DNA of 64,000 nucleotides from an uncultured Rivularia sp. (GCA_963665115.1 OY762007.1:1504001-1568000), one strand, 5' to 3'; counted from the stretch's first letter, positions 23,392 through 34,907 are shown. A program made the numbers and translations. The notes: generated from the letters alone by a model not told the origin.

Positions 23392-25749
23392 TCAGAACTT
23401 ATATGATTTAGAATTCTGAACAAACAACACCACAACACCACCTACAGCTAAACCAAAAGCTGAAGGAATAAACGGTACCCACAGTCCTGAACTTAGAAGA
23501 GCGATCGCACAAGTTCCATATAAAAAAACCTGTATTGCAGCGATAGTAAATCCTTGATGAGATAAGGAACTAATTTTTACAATCATCAAGCTTCCGATGG
23601 CAGACCATCCGCATATCCAGATAATATCAGCCCAGAAAGGCAAAACCCAAATAATAGGACGGTCTTCAAGAACTGCATTCAAAATTTGACTGACTTTTTG
23701 TGCTTGTATAATTACACCTGGTACATCGTAATAATTTTTTCTGTTACTGCTGTAAGGAGTAGACCAATTATCGCTTATACTGTTAGCTGTAACTCCAATA
23801 ATAACTACCTTATCTTTAAGCTGTTGGGGAGTAATTTTATCATTTAATACATCTGTTAAAGAAACTCCAAAATAAGAATCAGTATTACGGTAGTTGATTA
23901 ATATTTGATTTCCCCCTAAGCTGACAGTTTGATAGGCTCCGCTACGACCTTGTTTTAAACGTTTAAATTCTTTAGACCCAAATTTGATGTAATCATTTTT
24001 AAATGATAATGGAATATTTCTATCAAATAAATAACGACTTGCTAATTGCAACGCAAGTGAATAAGGTGTTTCACAAGATGAAGCAGGTTCTTGTTTCATC
24101 AACAAAATTTGACGACGAACAATACCATCGGGATCTTTAATTGCATCAGTAAAACCCTGACGCTCTAATGGTACTCCTTGAGGAGGTTTTATTCCTTGAG
24201 GGTCATATTTTTTATCTTTACCTTTACAAGCAGCAATAACGTTTTGTTTTTGAAGTTCGGTAGAAAGATTTATTGGATTTGATTTGTTTTTCCTATCTGG
24301 TAAATCTCTATAAATATCTATTCCAATTACTTGCGGTTGGTAATCTTGTAATTTGTTAAGTAACCTTGCTAGAGTACTATCGGAAATTGATTTAGCTCCT
24401 ACAGTAAGTTCCGGTCGAGATTGAATATCTTCCTCGGTGATTTCCACCACTACTACCTTTGGATCTATCTCTTCTTTGGGTTTGAGTCGTAACATTTGGT
24501 CAAAGGTTTGTAGCTCAATTTTTTCAAAAATTCCGAAGTATCTTAAGCCAATTGTGGAAAGAGCTACAATAAAAATGGTAGATAAAAAAGTAAAAAATTG
24601 AGATTTTGAAAACGAGATTTTATTTTGTACTGGTTTATCTATTAAATCTGTTTGGCTGCGATTATTAGATAATTCTTGCCAAGTGACTGGAACCGTTGTC
24701 GGATTTTGGTAAATAACTGGTAGCCAACTAGCACAAGGAAAATCATTTTCCAATCCTTGAAGTCTTTCTCGTGCTTCTCTTACTGCTGGGTAAAAAGGTT
24801 TATTATTACTAAAAGCAATTAAAAAGTTTTTCAAAAATTCCTGTGCGACAAAATCGGGTACACCAGTTCGCATAACAATCATTTGAGGAATATTCAATTC
24901 AGCTAAATTTCTTGCCAAACCAATTCCATCGCATGAATTAAAAATTGCTATATTTAAACCTTTACTAATTGCTGTATTTAGCGCATTTTTTAGTTGATAA
25001 ATTGTTAAACTTTCTGTCTGATTAATATAAATTTTTCCTATATTTTTATCTATAGAACTAACACTATGTCCTGCAAAAAAAAGAATATCCCAATTATGGT
25101 TCCACAACTGTTCGTCAAGTTCTTTTCTTGTTGGTTCTACTAAAAATAAGGTTTGAGTATTGCTTACATTCTCTAAAAATAATCTGTCTTTATCAATATC
25201 AATACCAGCTTTATTACCTAAAATTGCTAGAATTTTAACTTTACCTGTGGAATATTTTCGTAATACTTGAGGGGAAGCATATTCATGATTGCTCAAACCT
25301 AATTCCGCTTGAGGATAATCATCAAAAAAATCCCACAAATGCCAAGGTAGCTGATGCAGTTCGATTATATTGGTTTCAATAATAACCCTTACTTCATCAT
25401 CTCGATTAAGTAAAGTCCGCAGTTGTCGCTCTACATTCGCAAATGAATCGAATCTTAACCAATCATTTAGACTAGCTCGTAGCTGCTGACAAACTTCATC
25501 AAAATCACTCACAGAAACATTAGTAATATCTTCTTGATATACTTTTATACGCTGATTGTTTCCTAAACGCTGATGAATAGCTTCATGAAGTCGCTGCCAT
25601 GTTTGGTAAAGTTGATTTAGTTCTGGTGCTGCTGGTAAGCTTCCTGTGATTTTGAAAAATTGGTCGTGATGCCAAAGTTGAGCCGTAACAACAGGAAATC
25701 CTTTGTTTAAATCTCCCCCCAACAAGGTGTAGACTAGTATTTTACTCAT
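23392..25749 (-). CDS. CHAT (caspase-like) + CHASE2 membrane protein
   Basis: LPWHLW, FFAGHS, FNSCDG, ARERLQGLE; TM; CHASE2 (VIGIDIYRD, DPDGIVRR, PGVIIQA); C-terminal TMs. Confidence 0.9.
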   Translation of the reverse strand: MSKILVYTLLGGDLNKGFPVVTAQLWHHDQFFKITGSLPAAPELNQLYQTWQRLHEAIHQRLGNNQRIKVYQEDITNVSVSDFDEVCQQLRASLNDWLRFDSFANVERQLRTLLNRDDEVRVIIETNIIELHQLPWHLWDFFDDYPQAELGLSNHEYASPQVLRKYSTGKVKILAILGNKAGIDIDKDRLFLENVSNTQTLFLVEPTRKELDEQLWNHNWDILFFAGHSVSSIDKNIGKIYINQTESLTIYQLKNALNTAISKGLNIAIFNSCDGIGLARNLAELNIPQMIVMRTGVPDFVAQEFLKNFLIAFSNNKPFYPAVREARERLQGLENDFPCASWLPVIYQNPTTVPVTWQELSNNRSQTDLIDKPVQNKISFSKSQFFTFLSTIFIVALSTIGLRYFGIFEKIELQTFDQMLRLKPKEEIDPKVVVVEITEEDIQSRPELTVGAKSISDSTLARLLNKLQDYQPQVIGIDIYRDLPDRKNKSNPINLSTELQKQNVIAACKGKDKKYDPQGIKPPQGVPLERQGFTDAIKDPDGIVRRQILLMKQEPASSCETPYSLALQLASRYLFDRNIPLSFKNDYIKFGSKEFKRLKQGRSGAYQTVSLGGNQILINYRNTDSYFGVSLTDVLNDKITPQQLKDKVVIIGVTANSISDNWSTPYSSNRKNYYDVPGVIIQAQKVSQILNAVLEDRPIIWVLPFWADIIWICGWSAIGSLMIVKISSLSHQGFTIAAIQVFLYGTCAIALLSSGLWVPFIPSAFGLAVGGVVVLFVQNSKSYKF

Positions 25750-25931
25750 TGTTCCTGCAACAGCTAATTGTAGTTAATTATTAATAACTTTAGCAATTGT
25801 GCATCATGAGTAAAATATAAAATTCCCTGAAAGATAAATATCCATTCATTTTATAAAGGTTCTTAATGGTTATTATTCAATATAGAGTATATATAATCAC
25901 ATTAAAATTGTATTAATTGTTAAGAGTATAA

Positions 25932-27094
25932 TTAAATTACAAAATGTTCTGCAATTTGATAACTATCAAACAAGACATTAATACTAAAACATTCTCCAAT
26001 TTCACCTTCAAAAAGCCTTAATTGCACGTAGTTATCTTGAATTCTTGATTGTACTTCCTGAATAATTTCTCCAGTTTCTGAAAGTAAAACTAGTTTAATA
26101 TTTGCTGGTAAATATTCATTGTTCAAAGGATGTAGCTGTATCCGAATAGCAAACTGTTCGTCGGCTGAGGGAATTAATTCAACTAGCATTACAACTTGTT
26201 GAGAATCAGTTTCGGTTCCCAAATGAATCGCTTTAGCTCGTTTTATATTATCAGTATTTAAACCTGCGCTGGTTCTAAAATTAAAAGCTAAATTATTGTT
26301 ACTAGAATTAAAAAATGAATCTATTTCTTGCCAAGCGGCTTGATAAATATCTTGGAGCCAAGCACTAAGATTAACTGTTTGTTGACGAGAAAGATATAAT
26401 TTCTCTCGATAATATTCGTTATCTAATAATGCTCCCCAACTGCTAAAAGGAATTTCCAGTTTGGGGAACATTGCTTTTGAATTACTTAATTGCTGTAGCA
26501 TGTTTTCGGCTTGACTGGTCGATAATTCTGCTAAGCTCGATATAGCAGCTTTAACATCTTCTTGAATAAATTGGTAAGCCATCCAAAAAGCATTTAGGTC
26601 TTTTGTTAAATGCCGTTTATCCATACAGTAGGTTCTATCTACTGAATCATAATGGGCTAGAGTTTTCAGTTCCTTGTGAGTTGTATAAGCCCAAAATCTG
26701 ATTTTTTCCCCTTCTGGTTCAACTTGGACTGCTAAATAAAAATCTGCTATCCAGCTAGGAATATCTACCCATTCTTGCGGAACTTCTAATTCCCTATCGT
26801 CAATTGCTTCAGTGGGAATCAAAACTACTCTTTTCTGATTAAATAAAATTGCCGTACCGTTGACAAATTCCCAAAAAGCAGGAATATCAGCAAAACTTTT
26901 CCAAACGCTTGCTTGTAAAGCATATTCAGTTTTTAACCAATTAAGGAAAACGTTTTGGCAAATTTGATTTATATAGGCACACCAGCGACTGCTGGGAGTT
27001 CCATAAACTTGACTTTGCTTCCAGGGGACTGTAACTGAATTTTTGAGGTCACTTCTAACGACCATTCTTTTGGATCTACAAACTCGCAGGTCAT
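25932..27094 (-). CDS. DUF1822 family protein (true start probably ATG 27094; frameshift near 27025)
   Basis: MTCEFVDPKEWSLEV..QSW joins SQVYGTPSSRWCAYINQ; ELEVPQEWVDIPSWIADFYLAVQV; QEVQSRIQDNYVQL. Confidence 0.85.
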
Positions 27095-27114
27095 TTTTTA
27101 CTACCTTATAAATA

Positions 27115-28302
27115 TTACGGATTTACGTTGAAATTTCCTAGCTGATTTCTCAACCATTCTTCTAGAGCAACGCTCATATCTTTTATTTGGTTGGAAGTTA
27201 CAGAAATATTCAATTCTTGACTCCATTTAACTAATGCTTCTAACAAAAATTCTCTACTTTTAACTAATTTACGAGATACTGTAGACTGGCTCATTTGCAT
27301 TTGCTGCATAATTTGCTGTTGAGTCAGTTCTTGCTGATAGTAAAGCTTGAATATTTCTTGGGATTTGACATCCAAGCTTTGTAAAGCCTTTGACAATACA
27401 TCAAACATTTGAGAAATTTGATTTTGTCGGTCTTGTAAATTCTCTGCGGCTATGATATCAGCTATTACCGAATCCGAAGCAGGGTCTGGTAAATCTAGTA
27501 TTGGATTGTCATCATCTGTTTTGATATCTAAAGATTTTACAAGTGGATGCTGGTAAGCACGGAGATAAATAATAGATTGATTCAACCAATTTTCAATTGT
27601 TTTTGCGGTACAAAGAGGAATATTTTCAGCCAGTTGATGACAAGAATTGTTGTAAAGATTGGCAATTTGCTGCCATAATTGAGCAGTTGGTTCCGGTAAC
27701 GATGCTGTACCTCCCGGTCGGGTTTGGAAATATAGTTGTTTGAAACAAGTCCAGGCTAAACGGTATTGTAAAGCATGTTTTGCTGATAATCCAGCATTAT
27801 AATGAGCTTCTAAAAATAATTTTTTACTAACTTTGCGTAATAAAGCCCAATCGCTACAAATATCGGCTTCTTTTCGCTGCCGTAAAATATCTCTCAATCG
27901 GCTTTTGATTGCCATCGTAGAATAAGCTTTTAAGCTAGAAGACTTTTTAGAATCAAAATCTTTAAGAATTGTCTCAATTTCGGCATTTGCCATTTGAAAA
28001 CAATCGGCTACACTATATTGAGTATTTTGTAACAAAGAAACTATTCTTCGCGATACGTGGTAGCATGGCTCTTGTAAATATGCCTGAATATGAATTCTGG
28101 CTAAATCGTTGGATTTTAACAGCCAGTGTTTGTGCCAGTAAAGCGCCCAAAAATGTTCTTGTCTTGAGTTTTGAGGCGAATGATTCAAGCAGTTTTGTAT
28201 ACTTTTATGTAGCCTGACATCAGTCAACCATTTGCTAAATTTATCTGCTTCTAAATCCATAAAAGTGGAGAACATTTGTACGATTTCTGTGCGACGGTAC
28301 AT
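27115..28302 (-). CDS. Sigma-70 family RNA polymerase sigma factor (cyanobacterial DUF1822-linked type)
   Basis: AYLQEPCY, FDSKKSSSLKAY region-2-like segment, ICSDWALLRK, region-4 HTH LYYQQELTQQQI..QSTVSRKL. Confidence 0.85.
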   Translation of the reverse strand: MYRRTEIVQMFSTFMDLEADKFSKWLTDVRLHKSIQNCLNHSPQNSRQEHFWALYWHKHWLLKSNDLARIHIQAYLQEPCYHVSRRIVSLLQNTQYSVADCFQMANAEIETILKDFDSKKSSSLKAYSTMAIKSRLRDILRQRKEADICSDWALLRKVSKKLFLEAHYNAGLSAKHALQYRLAWTCFKQLYFQTRPGGTASLPEPTAQLWQQIANLYNNSCHQLAENIPLCTAKTIENWLNQSIIYLRAYQHPLVKSLDIKTDDDNPILDLPDPASDSVIADIIAAENLQDRQNQISQMFDVLSKALQSLDVKSQEIFKLYYQQELTQQQIMQQMQMSQSTVSRKLVKSREFLLEALVKWSQELNISVTSNQIKDMSVALEEWLRNQLGNFNVNP

Positions 28303-28377
28303 AACAAGTAAATTTAATTGATTTACTTATAAATCGTAGAATGGATTTAGATTATTATCTAGGTGTTAAGTATTTTA

Positions 28378-28538
28378 AAGTAATAAGTAATAAGTAACAA
28401 GTAATAAGTAATACCTCTTGCCTACGCAGAGGATTGAATAATTGAATTATATTTTTATTTTTCCGACGTGTTTGAGGAGACTTTATACTAACAACGGGCT
28501 ATAACTACTTATTACTTATTACTCATTACTTATTACTT
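28378..28538. repeat. Inverted heptamer arrays (TAATAAG)n ... (CTTATTA)n flanking a ~90-bp core
   Basis: Directly visible; typical cyanobacterial short tandem repeat element. Confidence 0.7.
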
Positions 28539-28572
28539 CAGCCCCAAGGGGACTGGTAAGTACAGCTAATAG

Positions 28573-30852
28573 TTATCTTCTAGGGAGTGGAACGGGAGAA
28601 TTACGAATCGGAGGAGCAATAATAACATTAGGAGGTGATGGCTTCTCTTTAACACTAATTGCAAAACCCTTTCGTTGAGGTTGTCGCTGGCCGGATTTAT
28701 CAGTTACTACAAGTTCAATTGGAGATGGAAAATTTTTAATTACCTCAAGCACCTGTTTTCCCTGTTTGGGAAGATTATATTGATAAGGGAGTAATTTTAC
28801 TTCGATATCTTCACCTTCTACTTTCCAGGTGAGTGTTACTTTGTCTCCTTCATTCAAAACTTGATTTAGCTGTTCGCTACCGTTAATCTTAAAAAACACA
28901 ATATTAAACGGTTGAGAAACTATTTGAATATTATTTTTAGTAGTTTCAGTACTAATACGATTTTTTTCATTACGAGAATAAGCTTTTAATTCATACATCA
29001 AAGTTCCAACGCTTCTTGCTGGTAAAGCGATTTTGCAATTAATTTGATTTGCTTCTTTTACACAATTGTCTTTAAACTTTGGATTTTCAAATGTGCCATC
29101 TTTAAATTTAAAGCTTGTTGGTGCAGCTATTTGGGTATTTTCATTTTCTTTGGCAATAATGTCTACTTTTTCTAATAATTCTGGACGTTTAACACTCCAA
29201 CTTACAAGTACGTCTTCTCCTTTTTGATATTTGGCTTTATCCGTTTGGACATTAATTATTTCAGCAATTGGTTTTTGTTTTATTTCGATTTCGTCTGTTT
29301 TAGTTTCGGTATTATTTTTTTGATAAAATAGCAAATGCCGCTGTCTGGATACCGCTTTAATTTCAAAAGTATATTTACCAGGAGATGTGATTCCTGTTTT
29401 GAATTGATTGCAGATTAAAACGGATTGTGTTGTGATTTGACAGGGAGTATTTTCACCGTTTTTATTACGAGAAAGTAACTCACTATTACGAATATTTGTT
29501 ACGCTCACTAAAGGCTCGTTGCGTGGTGGCTGTTTGGTTGTAATTTCTAAACTTTGTAGTTGTTTATAATTAGAAATTTTCCAATCCAAACGTACTTCAT
29601 CCCCTTCTGTAAGTACGGGAGATTGAGTAGTAAAACTTTCTATTTCTAAAGGGTCGGGATATAAAAATCTCCAAATAAAAAATCCCGCAGTTGCTACAAA
29701 GCCAAATCCTAATAATGTTAATAGAATTAACTGCCAAAAAGGACGCGATTTCCATTCTAAAACTCCTTCCAGCGATTGGTTCGAGATAGGTAGTTCTTGC
29801 TTATCTTCAATATCTACTTGAAAATTAATAGTTAAAGGTTTTCCTATCCAGGGTTGTCTCCACCAAGGTCGCGGTTTTACAATCAAACTTGCATCTACAC
29901 TTTTACTTGGTAATAGTTTTATTTCTTTTGGCTCAAACTGATATTTACAAAGTTCTTCTTCGTCTTTACTTCTTGCACTAAAAGACAATTCTCTGACTAA
30001 ATTCCCTTCATTGATTAAAGTTAATAAATATTTTCCAGGATTGCGTCTGACTTTACCTAAAATAGTGTTTAATTGAGCGCTAATTTGATAGTCTGGTGGG
30101 ACATCAATATAAACCAAATCTAACAAAACTAAATCTGGATTATTTGCCGAGTATAAACGAATAGTAGGTGAGTAGGTGCCCGCAAGAGTGCTAGATGGAG
30201 GACAAAATTCTAATAATATTTCCCCTTGAGAAGCAGGATTTAATTCTAATGCTTTTACCTCAACTAATCCTGCTGCTTCTACTCCAGTTTGTGGATAAGA
30301 TATTTTCAATGAATTTTCGTCTAATTCCGGACAAGTAACGTGGAAACGGTCTACCCTAGCGGAACGATTTTCAACTTTTAGTGCTACCTGTAGAAGACTA
30401 TCGGGTTTATAAATTAAAGGTTTATTAGGGTTTGTCGCTGGTTGAATAGAAAAGATTGGGTCGTTTGCTCGAATTACCGTTTGTTCTCTGAGCAGAACTT
30501 TGATTTGTCCGGGAAAGTTTATTGGGGTTTCTTGTGAATAGTGTTCGGGTGAGTCTACGACAAAAGTATAATCGTAAGTCCCCGGTAATGCATCGGCAGG
30601 AATTTCTAATTTAAATGTTACCTCGTTGCTGATTTCTCCTGGTGCTAATGCTAAACTTTCTCTAGGAGAATTAGACCAATTACTTACTTTTTGAAATATC
30701 TTATCAAATGTAAAAAATAAATCGATAATTGCGCTTTGTTTGCCTTCGTTACGCACTACTACATGAATTTCAATCGTCTCTCCCGGCATTCCGTATTGAA
30801 TTCCAGGTGGGTCTATAATTACAAATAATGGATTTAATTTAGCTTGTATCAT
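28573..30852 (-). CDS. CIS-associated bitopic membrane protein: ~3 Ig-like repeats, TM, further beta-rich repeats, Pro-rich tail
   Basis: Repeated PG..V.VRN / L.L.P / IP..A.PG.Y pattern; TM FWQLILLTLLGFGFVATAGFFIW; C-terminal G(D/E).V.L.W repeats. Confidence 0.7.
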   Translation of the reverse strand: MIQAKLNPLFVIIDPPGIQYGMPGETIEIHVVVRNEGKQSAIIDLFFTFDKIFQKVSNWSNSPRESLALAPGEISNEVTFKLEIPADALPGTYDYTFVVDSPEHYSQETPINFPGQIKVLLREQTVIRANDPIFSIQPATNPNKPLIYKPDSLLQVALKVENRSARVDRFHVTCPELDENSLKISYPQTGVEAAGLVEVKALELNPASQGEILLEFCPPSSTLAGTYSPTIRLYSANNPDLVLLDLVYIDVPPDYQISAQLNTILGKVRRNPGKYLLTLINEGNLVRELSFSARSKDEEELCKYQFEPKEIKLLPSKSVDASLIVKPRPWWRQPWIGKPLTINFQVDIEDKQELPISNQSLEGVLEWKSRPFWQLILLTLLGFGFVATAGFFIWRFLYPDPLEIESFTTQSPVLTEGDEVRLDWKISNYKQLQSLEITTKQPPRNEPLVSVTNIRNSELLSRNKNGENTPCQITTQSVLICNQFKTGITSPGKYTFEIKAVSRQRHLLFYQKNNTETKTDEIEIKQKPIAEIINVQTDKAKYQKGEDVLVSWSVKRPELLEKVDIIAKENENTQIAAPTSFKFKDGTFENPKFKDNCVKEANQINCKIALPARSVGTLMYELKAYSRNEKNRISTETTKNNIQIVSQPFNIVFFKINGSEQLNQVLNEGDKVTLTWKVEGEDIEVKLLPYQYNLPKQGKQVLEVIKNFPSPIELVVTDKSGQRQPQRKGFAISVKEKPSPPNVIIAPPIRNSPVPLPRR

Positions 30853-31068
30853 ATTATCTTCTTGTTATCTATATATTTCTAGAATTTTATCTATATTAAT
30901 TAACTTGAATTTAAAATAAAGCTTTTAATTAACTTAATTAATATAATCGCTGATTCTATTACATGACTTCTGATAATCTAACTGCAAAACATATGATTAT
31001 TTATATTTTTGACTACTAAAAATTTATAACTAACAACTTATAATTCATTACTCACCACTCATTACTCA

Positions 31069-33322
31069 TTACTTAATCCGATGTAGTCTAACTTCAGAAT
31101 CTTCGCTACCACTAACTGCAAATCCTTTATTACTTTTCAAATCAATACTATTGATCTTCTTTCTACTACGAAATACTGTTTTACCTTTCAATGATTTTAC
31201 TTTGTCGAGCGAATAGTCATCTTTTAAATACCAAACCACTACTTTTCCATCATCTCCACCACTGACTATATATTTATTATCTTGACTAAATGCTAAAGCA
31301 CGTATACTATTTCTAGATTCATCCTGCCAACGTTCTAATACCGTACAGTTTGAATTACTAAAAGTTTGCTCAATATTATTAGTAGGATTGCATTTATTTA
31401 AATCCCAAATTGTAATGTATCCCGACGAATCAGAAGTTGCCATTACTTTTTGATTATAATTAAGAGAAACAGGTGCAAAAGCTAATTTCCAAACATAATC
31501 TTCCTGACCCGTACTTTTATCAATTTCTTCAAATGTTTGTACGAATATATTTTTTAAATCTTGCAATGAACTACTAGATATAATCTGTTTTACAGGTATC
31601 ACTAAAAAACGCTTGAAATTACCAGCAATAACTAAATATTGGTCATCAGGACTTAAAGTTAAAGCTCTTATTTGAAAATCCGGTAATCCCTGTAGTTTCT
31701 TAAAATCAAAAACTTTTGGTTCCTGATTCCATCGCTGATTAATTGCTGCTCTTGACCATATTCGTAATTTACCGCTACCATAACCACCAAATAAATAAAG
31801 TGAGTTAGAAGTAAAGGCTAAGTCGAATACTCTATCCCCTCTATCAGCAAAAGCTTTGGTGTCTTGAAGCTGCTCTATTTTTGTACCTGTAGTACTTTCT
31901 CTTAACTCAATTACACCTTTATCTAAACCAACCGCAACCCGGTTATTCTCAACAGGAATAAATCGTAATACACTAACAACATCTTTCGCATTTGTTAAAA
32001 AACCTTTCGTTTTATGTCTTCTACCGCAACTTCTTGTATATTTTCCGTTTGCTCTAACCGTTTCATCTGGTTCCACTTTTCTAGTACGTACTCTCCAGAA
32101 CCTTAGCGTACAATCGTCCGAACCACTTACCACTGATGTAGCGGTACCGTTGATAGCAACTGAATTGACAGACAGAAGATGTTGTGGAGCTGTTTCTCTG
32201 GGTAATAAAAATCCGAGTAATGCTGCTAGTAAAGCTAGAATAGCCGCTTGCAACCATAAAGGTAAAATCGGCAAAACTTTTAGTTCTAAAGTTTGAGTAG
32301 CTGGGGTCTGTACTACCCAAACGTTGGTCGGATAATTCCGCTCTCGCTTCCAAAAGTAAATTTTTTCTGATACCAATCCAAGGACGTTTTGTGGTAACTT
32401 CCAAATTTACTGTAGCTGTTTGTCCTAAATCGGGGTTAGCAATTTCGGGAAACTTTTTATACGTACATTTTCGCCAGTCTTTACCCTGAATTTGTATATC
32501 AATTTCTTGACGCAAGTTGCTGGCATTCTTAAATAATAGTTCGTAAACAACCGTTTTAGATTTCCAGTCAGGCAGCCATTTGTTTGTTTGAGGAAGTGTT
32601 TTTTGCCGTTGTGGAGTATCAAATTTAATAAAGCCTATGGGTAATACTTCTAAATTAGCTTCGGCACTAGCTGGGTAACTATTATGACTTGTAGCCTTGA
32701 CTGTAAAAGGATAAATATCGCTTGGTGCTTGAGCTACAGAAGGAGGCTGACATTGAAAAGAGATGTCTTTGTGATAGCCCGGATTGATTGATAATCGTCT
32801 TTGCTCGCTACCTATCAACCAAGAAGAATCGATACCAGCAAAATCTAAAGTTATATTTGCTGGCTGTTGCCCCATATTCCGCAATTTTACTAAAATATCT
32901 ACGCTATTACCGGGATAAACCTGATAATCTTTGACGGGAAATTCAACACTGATTAGATTTGGTCTTTTATCTCGCTCTATTTGCAAGCGCAGCAACAACC
33001 TACGCTCTTGTCCTAATTGTGGCGAAAATACTTTGACTGTCAAATTAATCGTACCGACAAATCCCGGAATAGGAGTATTAAAAATAAATACCTGAAAAAT
33101 TGTACTGCTGCCATGAGGTTGAGCAGCAGCCACTTCTGGTTCTAATCTATACCAACGGTAGTCATCGTTCCCCTTTTGTCCCGCTGCTTCAATCTCTAAT
33201 TGAAAATTTGCAAAGCGATCGCTATCGTTATTAACAGTTATTTCAAAAGTGACCGGAGGTTCGTTTGGTCGAAAAACTAAGCTTTGTGTGGAAAGACTAG
33301 CACTAATAACACTATTTCTCAT
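31069..33322 (-). CDS. CIS-associated bitopic membrane protein: Ig-like repeats, TM, WD40 propeller (~750 aa; frameshift near 32304)
   Basis: Removing one base restores LGSTDPATQTLELKVLP; TM LWLQAAILALLAALLGFLL; WD40 motifs VSGSDDCTLRFW and VSGGDDGKVVVW. Confidence 0.8.
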
Positions 33323-33428
33323 GTCGGAGTCATTTAATAGCTATCCACCAAGAATTGATGGTGGAGAATAAAAATTGAAAACATTCACATCCTTTGTCTA
33401 CTATCTATCTACCTACCCATAAGTAAAT

Positions 33429-34907
33429 TTACGAATCTCCCATGTTTTTCAAGTAATGAATGACTGCTTGTGCTGTAGGTAAGTTATTTGCAAGTAAGAT
33501 TTCACGAATATTGCAGGTTCGCAATAGTGCTTCTTCAGAAGCTTGCCCTTGTTGGGGAACGGTTAAATCTCTGATAAAAATTACAGCGATGATTTTTTCT
33601 GAATTTATCAGCGAATTGATTGCTTGATATCCACCAGATGTAGCTGGAGGAATGTCTTCGGTAATGCTCAAACCAGTCTGACGATATATATAATCGTTAT
33701 AAGTTTGCCAGGTTATTGTTTGACAATAGGATAAAAATTCTTCATGTTCGGAAATTAATTCTTTGAGTTCAGACTTTTTAGTATCGTGAGAAATTAATAC
33801 AATTCGTTTTTCTTCTAGAACGGGAGCAATTTTGATAATTAATTCTTCTTCCTGATTGCTTTCTTCTGTTTCCTTTTCTTTTTCTTGAGCAACTTCATCC
33901 TCTTCAGCAGTAACAGGCTCTAATGTTGAGATAGAAGCTTCAGACATTAACTCTTCTTCAACTTCCTCAGTATTTGTCATATCAGAATCTGTATATTCGT
34001 TATTTGTAACTTCTATCATTCCGCTTTCAGCTTCGGTTGTTTCAGTTTCTTCACTCGTCTGAGCAATGTCTTGTTCGTCAGTTTCGGTTTCTTCTTGCTC
34101 GCTTTCTACTTCTGCTTCGGAAGCAATTTCTTGTTCGTTTGAATCAACTTCTTCTTGCTCAACCCTTGCTTGTGGTTCGGTGTCTTCTTCTAGATTTAAA
34201 TCGGAATTATCTTCTTCACTTTCTACTTGAATAGAATCATTGTTATTTTCATGCGAATTTTCATCAAATATATCCCGTGGTTGAACAATAGTATATTCTG
34301 GTTCGGTCGAGCTAATATTTTCTATAGCTTCAACTGGTGTATCTGAAATTTCATTAATTTGATTATTTTGGGGAATTTCTTCGTCAGGTTGAACAAAAGT
34401 TGGTTCTTCGGAATTTCGATTAATTTCCTCAGCGGTTTCAACTGCTTCGCTAACAAAAGATTTGGCAGATTCTTCTGATTGACTATCTAATTGTGCAACT
34501 TCTGCTACTTTATCATTTTGATTTCGCTGCACATGAGAAAACATTGAAGGATTTATGATTCTCACCACCGTCTCTGACTGCTGAGAAAATGATATATCTT
34601 CTTCCAGCATCAAAGCAAAGTCTCCGATGCGGATAATATCGCCATCATTTAAAATGTATGAATGATTTTCTTCTAAAATCTTTCCATTAATGATTGTGCC
34701 ATTTCTGCTACCAAGGTCACAAAAATAGTAATTTCCTGATTGGTAAAAAAACTTACCGTGAAAACGACTTACATCATCGCTATCAAGAATTACATCGGAA
34801 TCAGGAGAACGACCAACTACACATTCATGTCCTCTTCTAGTTGTAGAAGAAAGGTCGATTTCCTCTAATTCATTTTGTGTTGGGGAATTGGATATTTTGA
34901 CTTTCAT
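33429..34907 (-). CDS. FHA domain + acidic linker + methylglyoxal-synthase-like domain
   Basis: VGRSPDSD..VSRFHG..DLGSRNGT (FHA); IVLISHDTKK..GG.Q..AVIFIRD..ALLRTCN..LANNLPTA (MGS fold). Confidence 0.85.
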   Translation of the reverse strand: MKVKISNSPTQNELEEIDLSSTTRRGHECVVGRSPDSDVILDSDDVSRFHGKFFYQSGNYYFCDLGSRNGTIINGKILEENHSYILNDGDIIRIGDFALMLEEDISFSQQSETVVRIINPSMFSHVQRNQNDKVAEVAQLDSQSEESAKSFVSEAVETAEEINRNSEEPTFVQPDEEIPQNNQINEISDTPVEAIENISSTEPEYTIVQPRDIFDENSHENNNDSIQVESEEDNSDLNLEEDTEPQARVEQEEVDSNEQEIASEAEVESEQEETETDEQDIAQTSEETETTEAESGMIEVTNNEYTDSDMTNTEEVEEELMSEASISTLEPVTAEEDEVAQEKEKETEESNQEEELIIKIAPVLEEKRIVLISHDTKKSELKELISEHEEFLSYCQTITWQTYNDYIYRQTGLSITEDIPPATSGGYQAINSLINSEKIIAVIFIRDLTVPQQGQASEEALLRTCNIREILLANNLPTAQAVIHYLKNMGDS

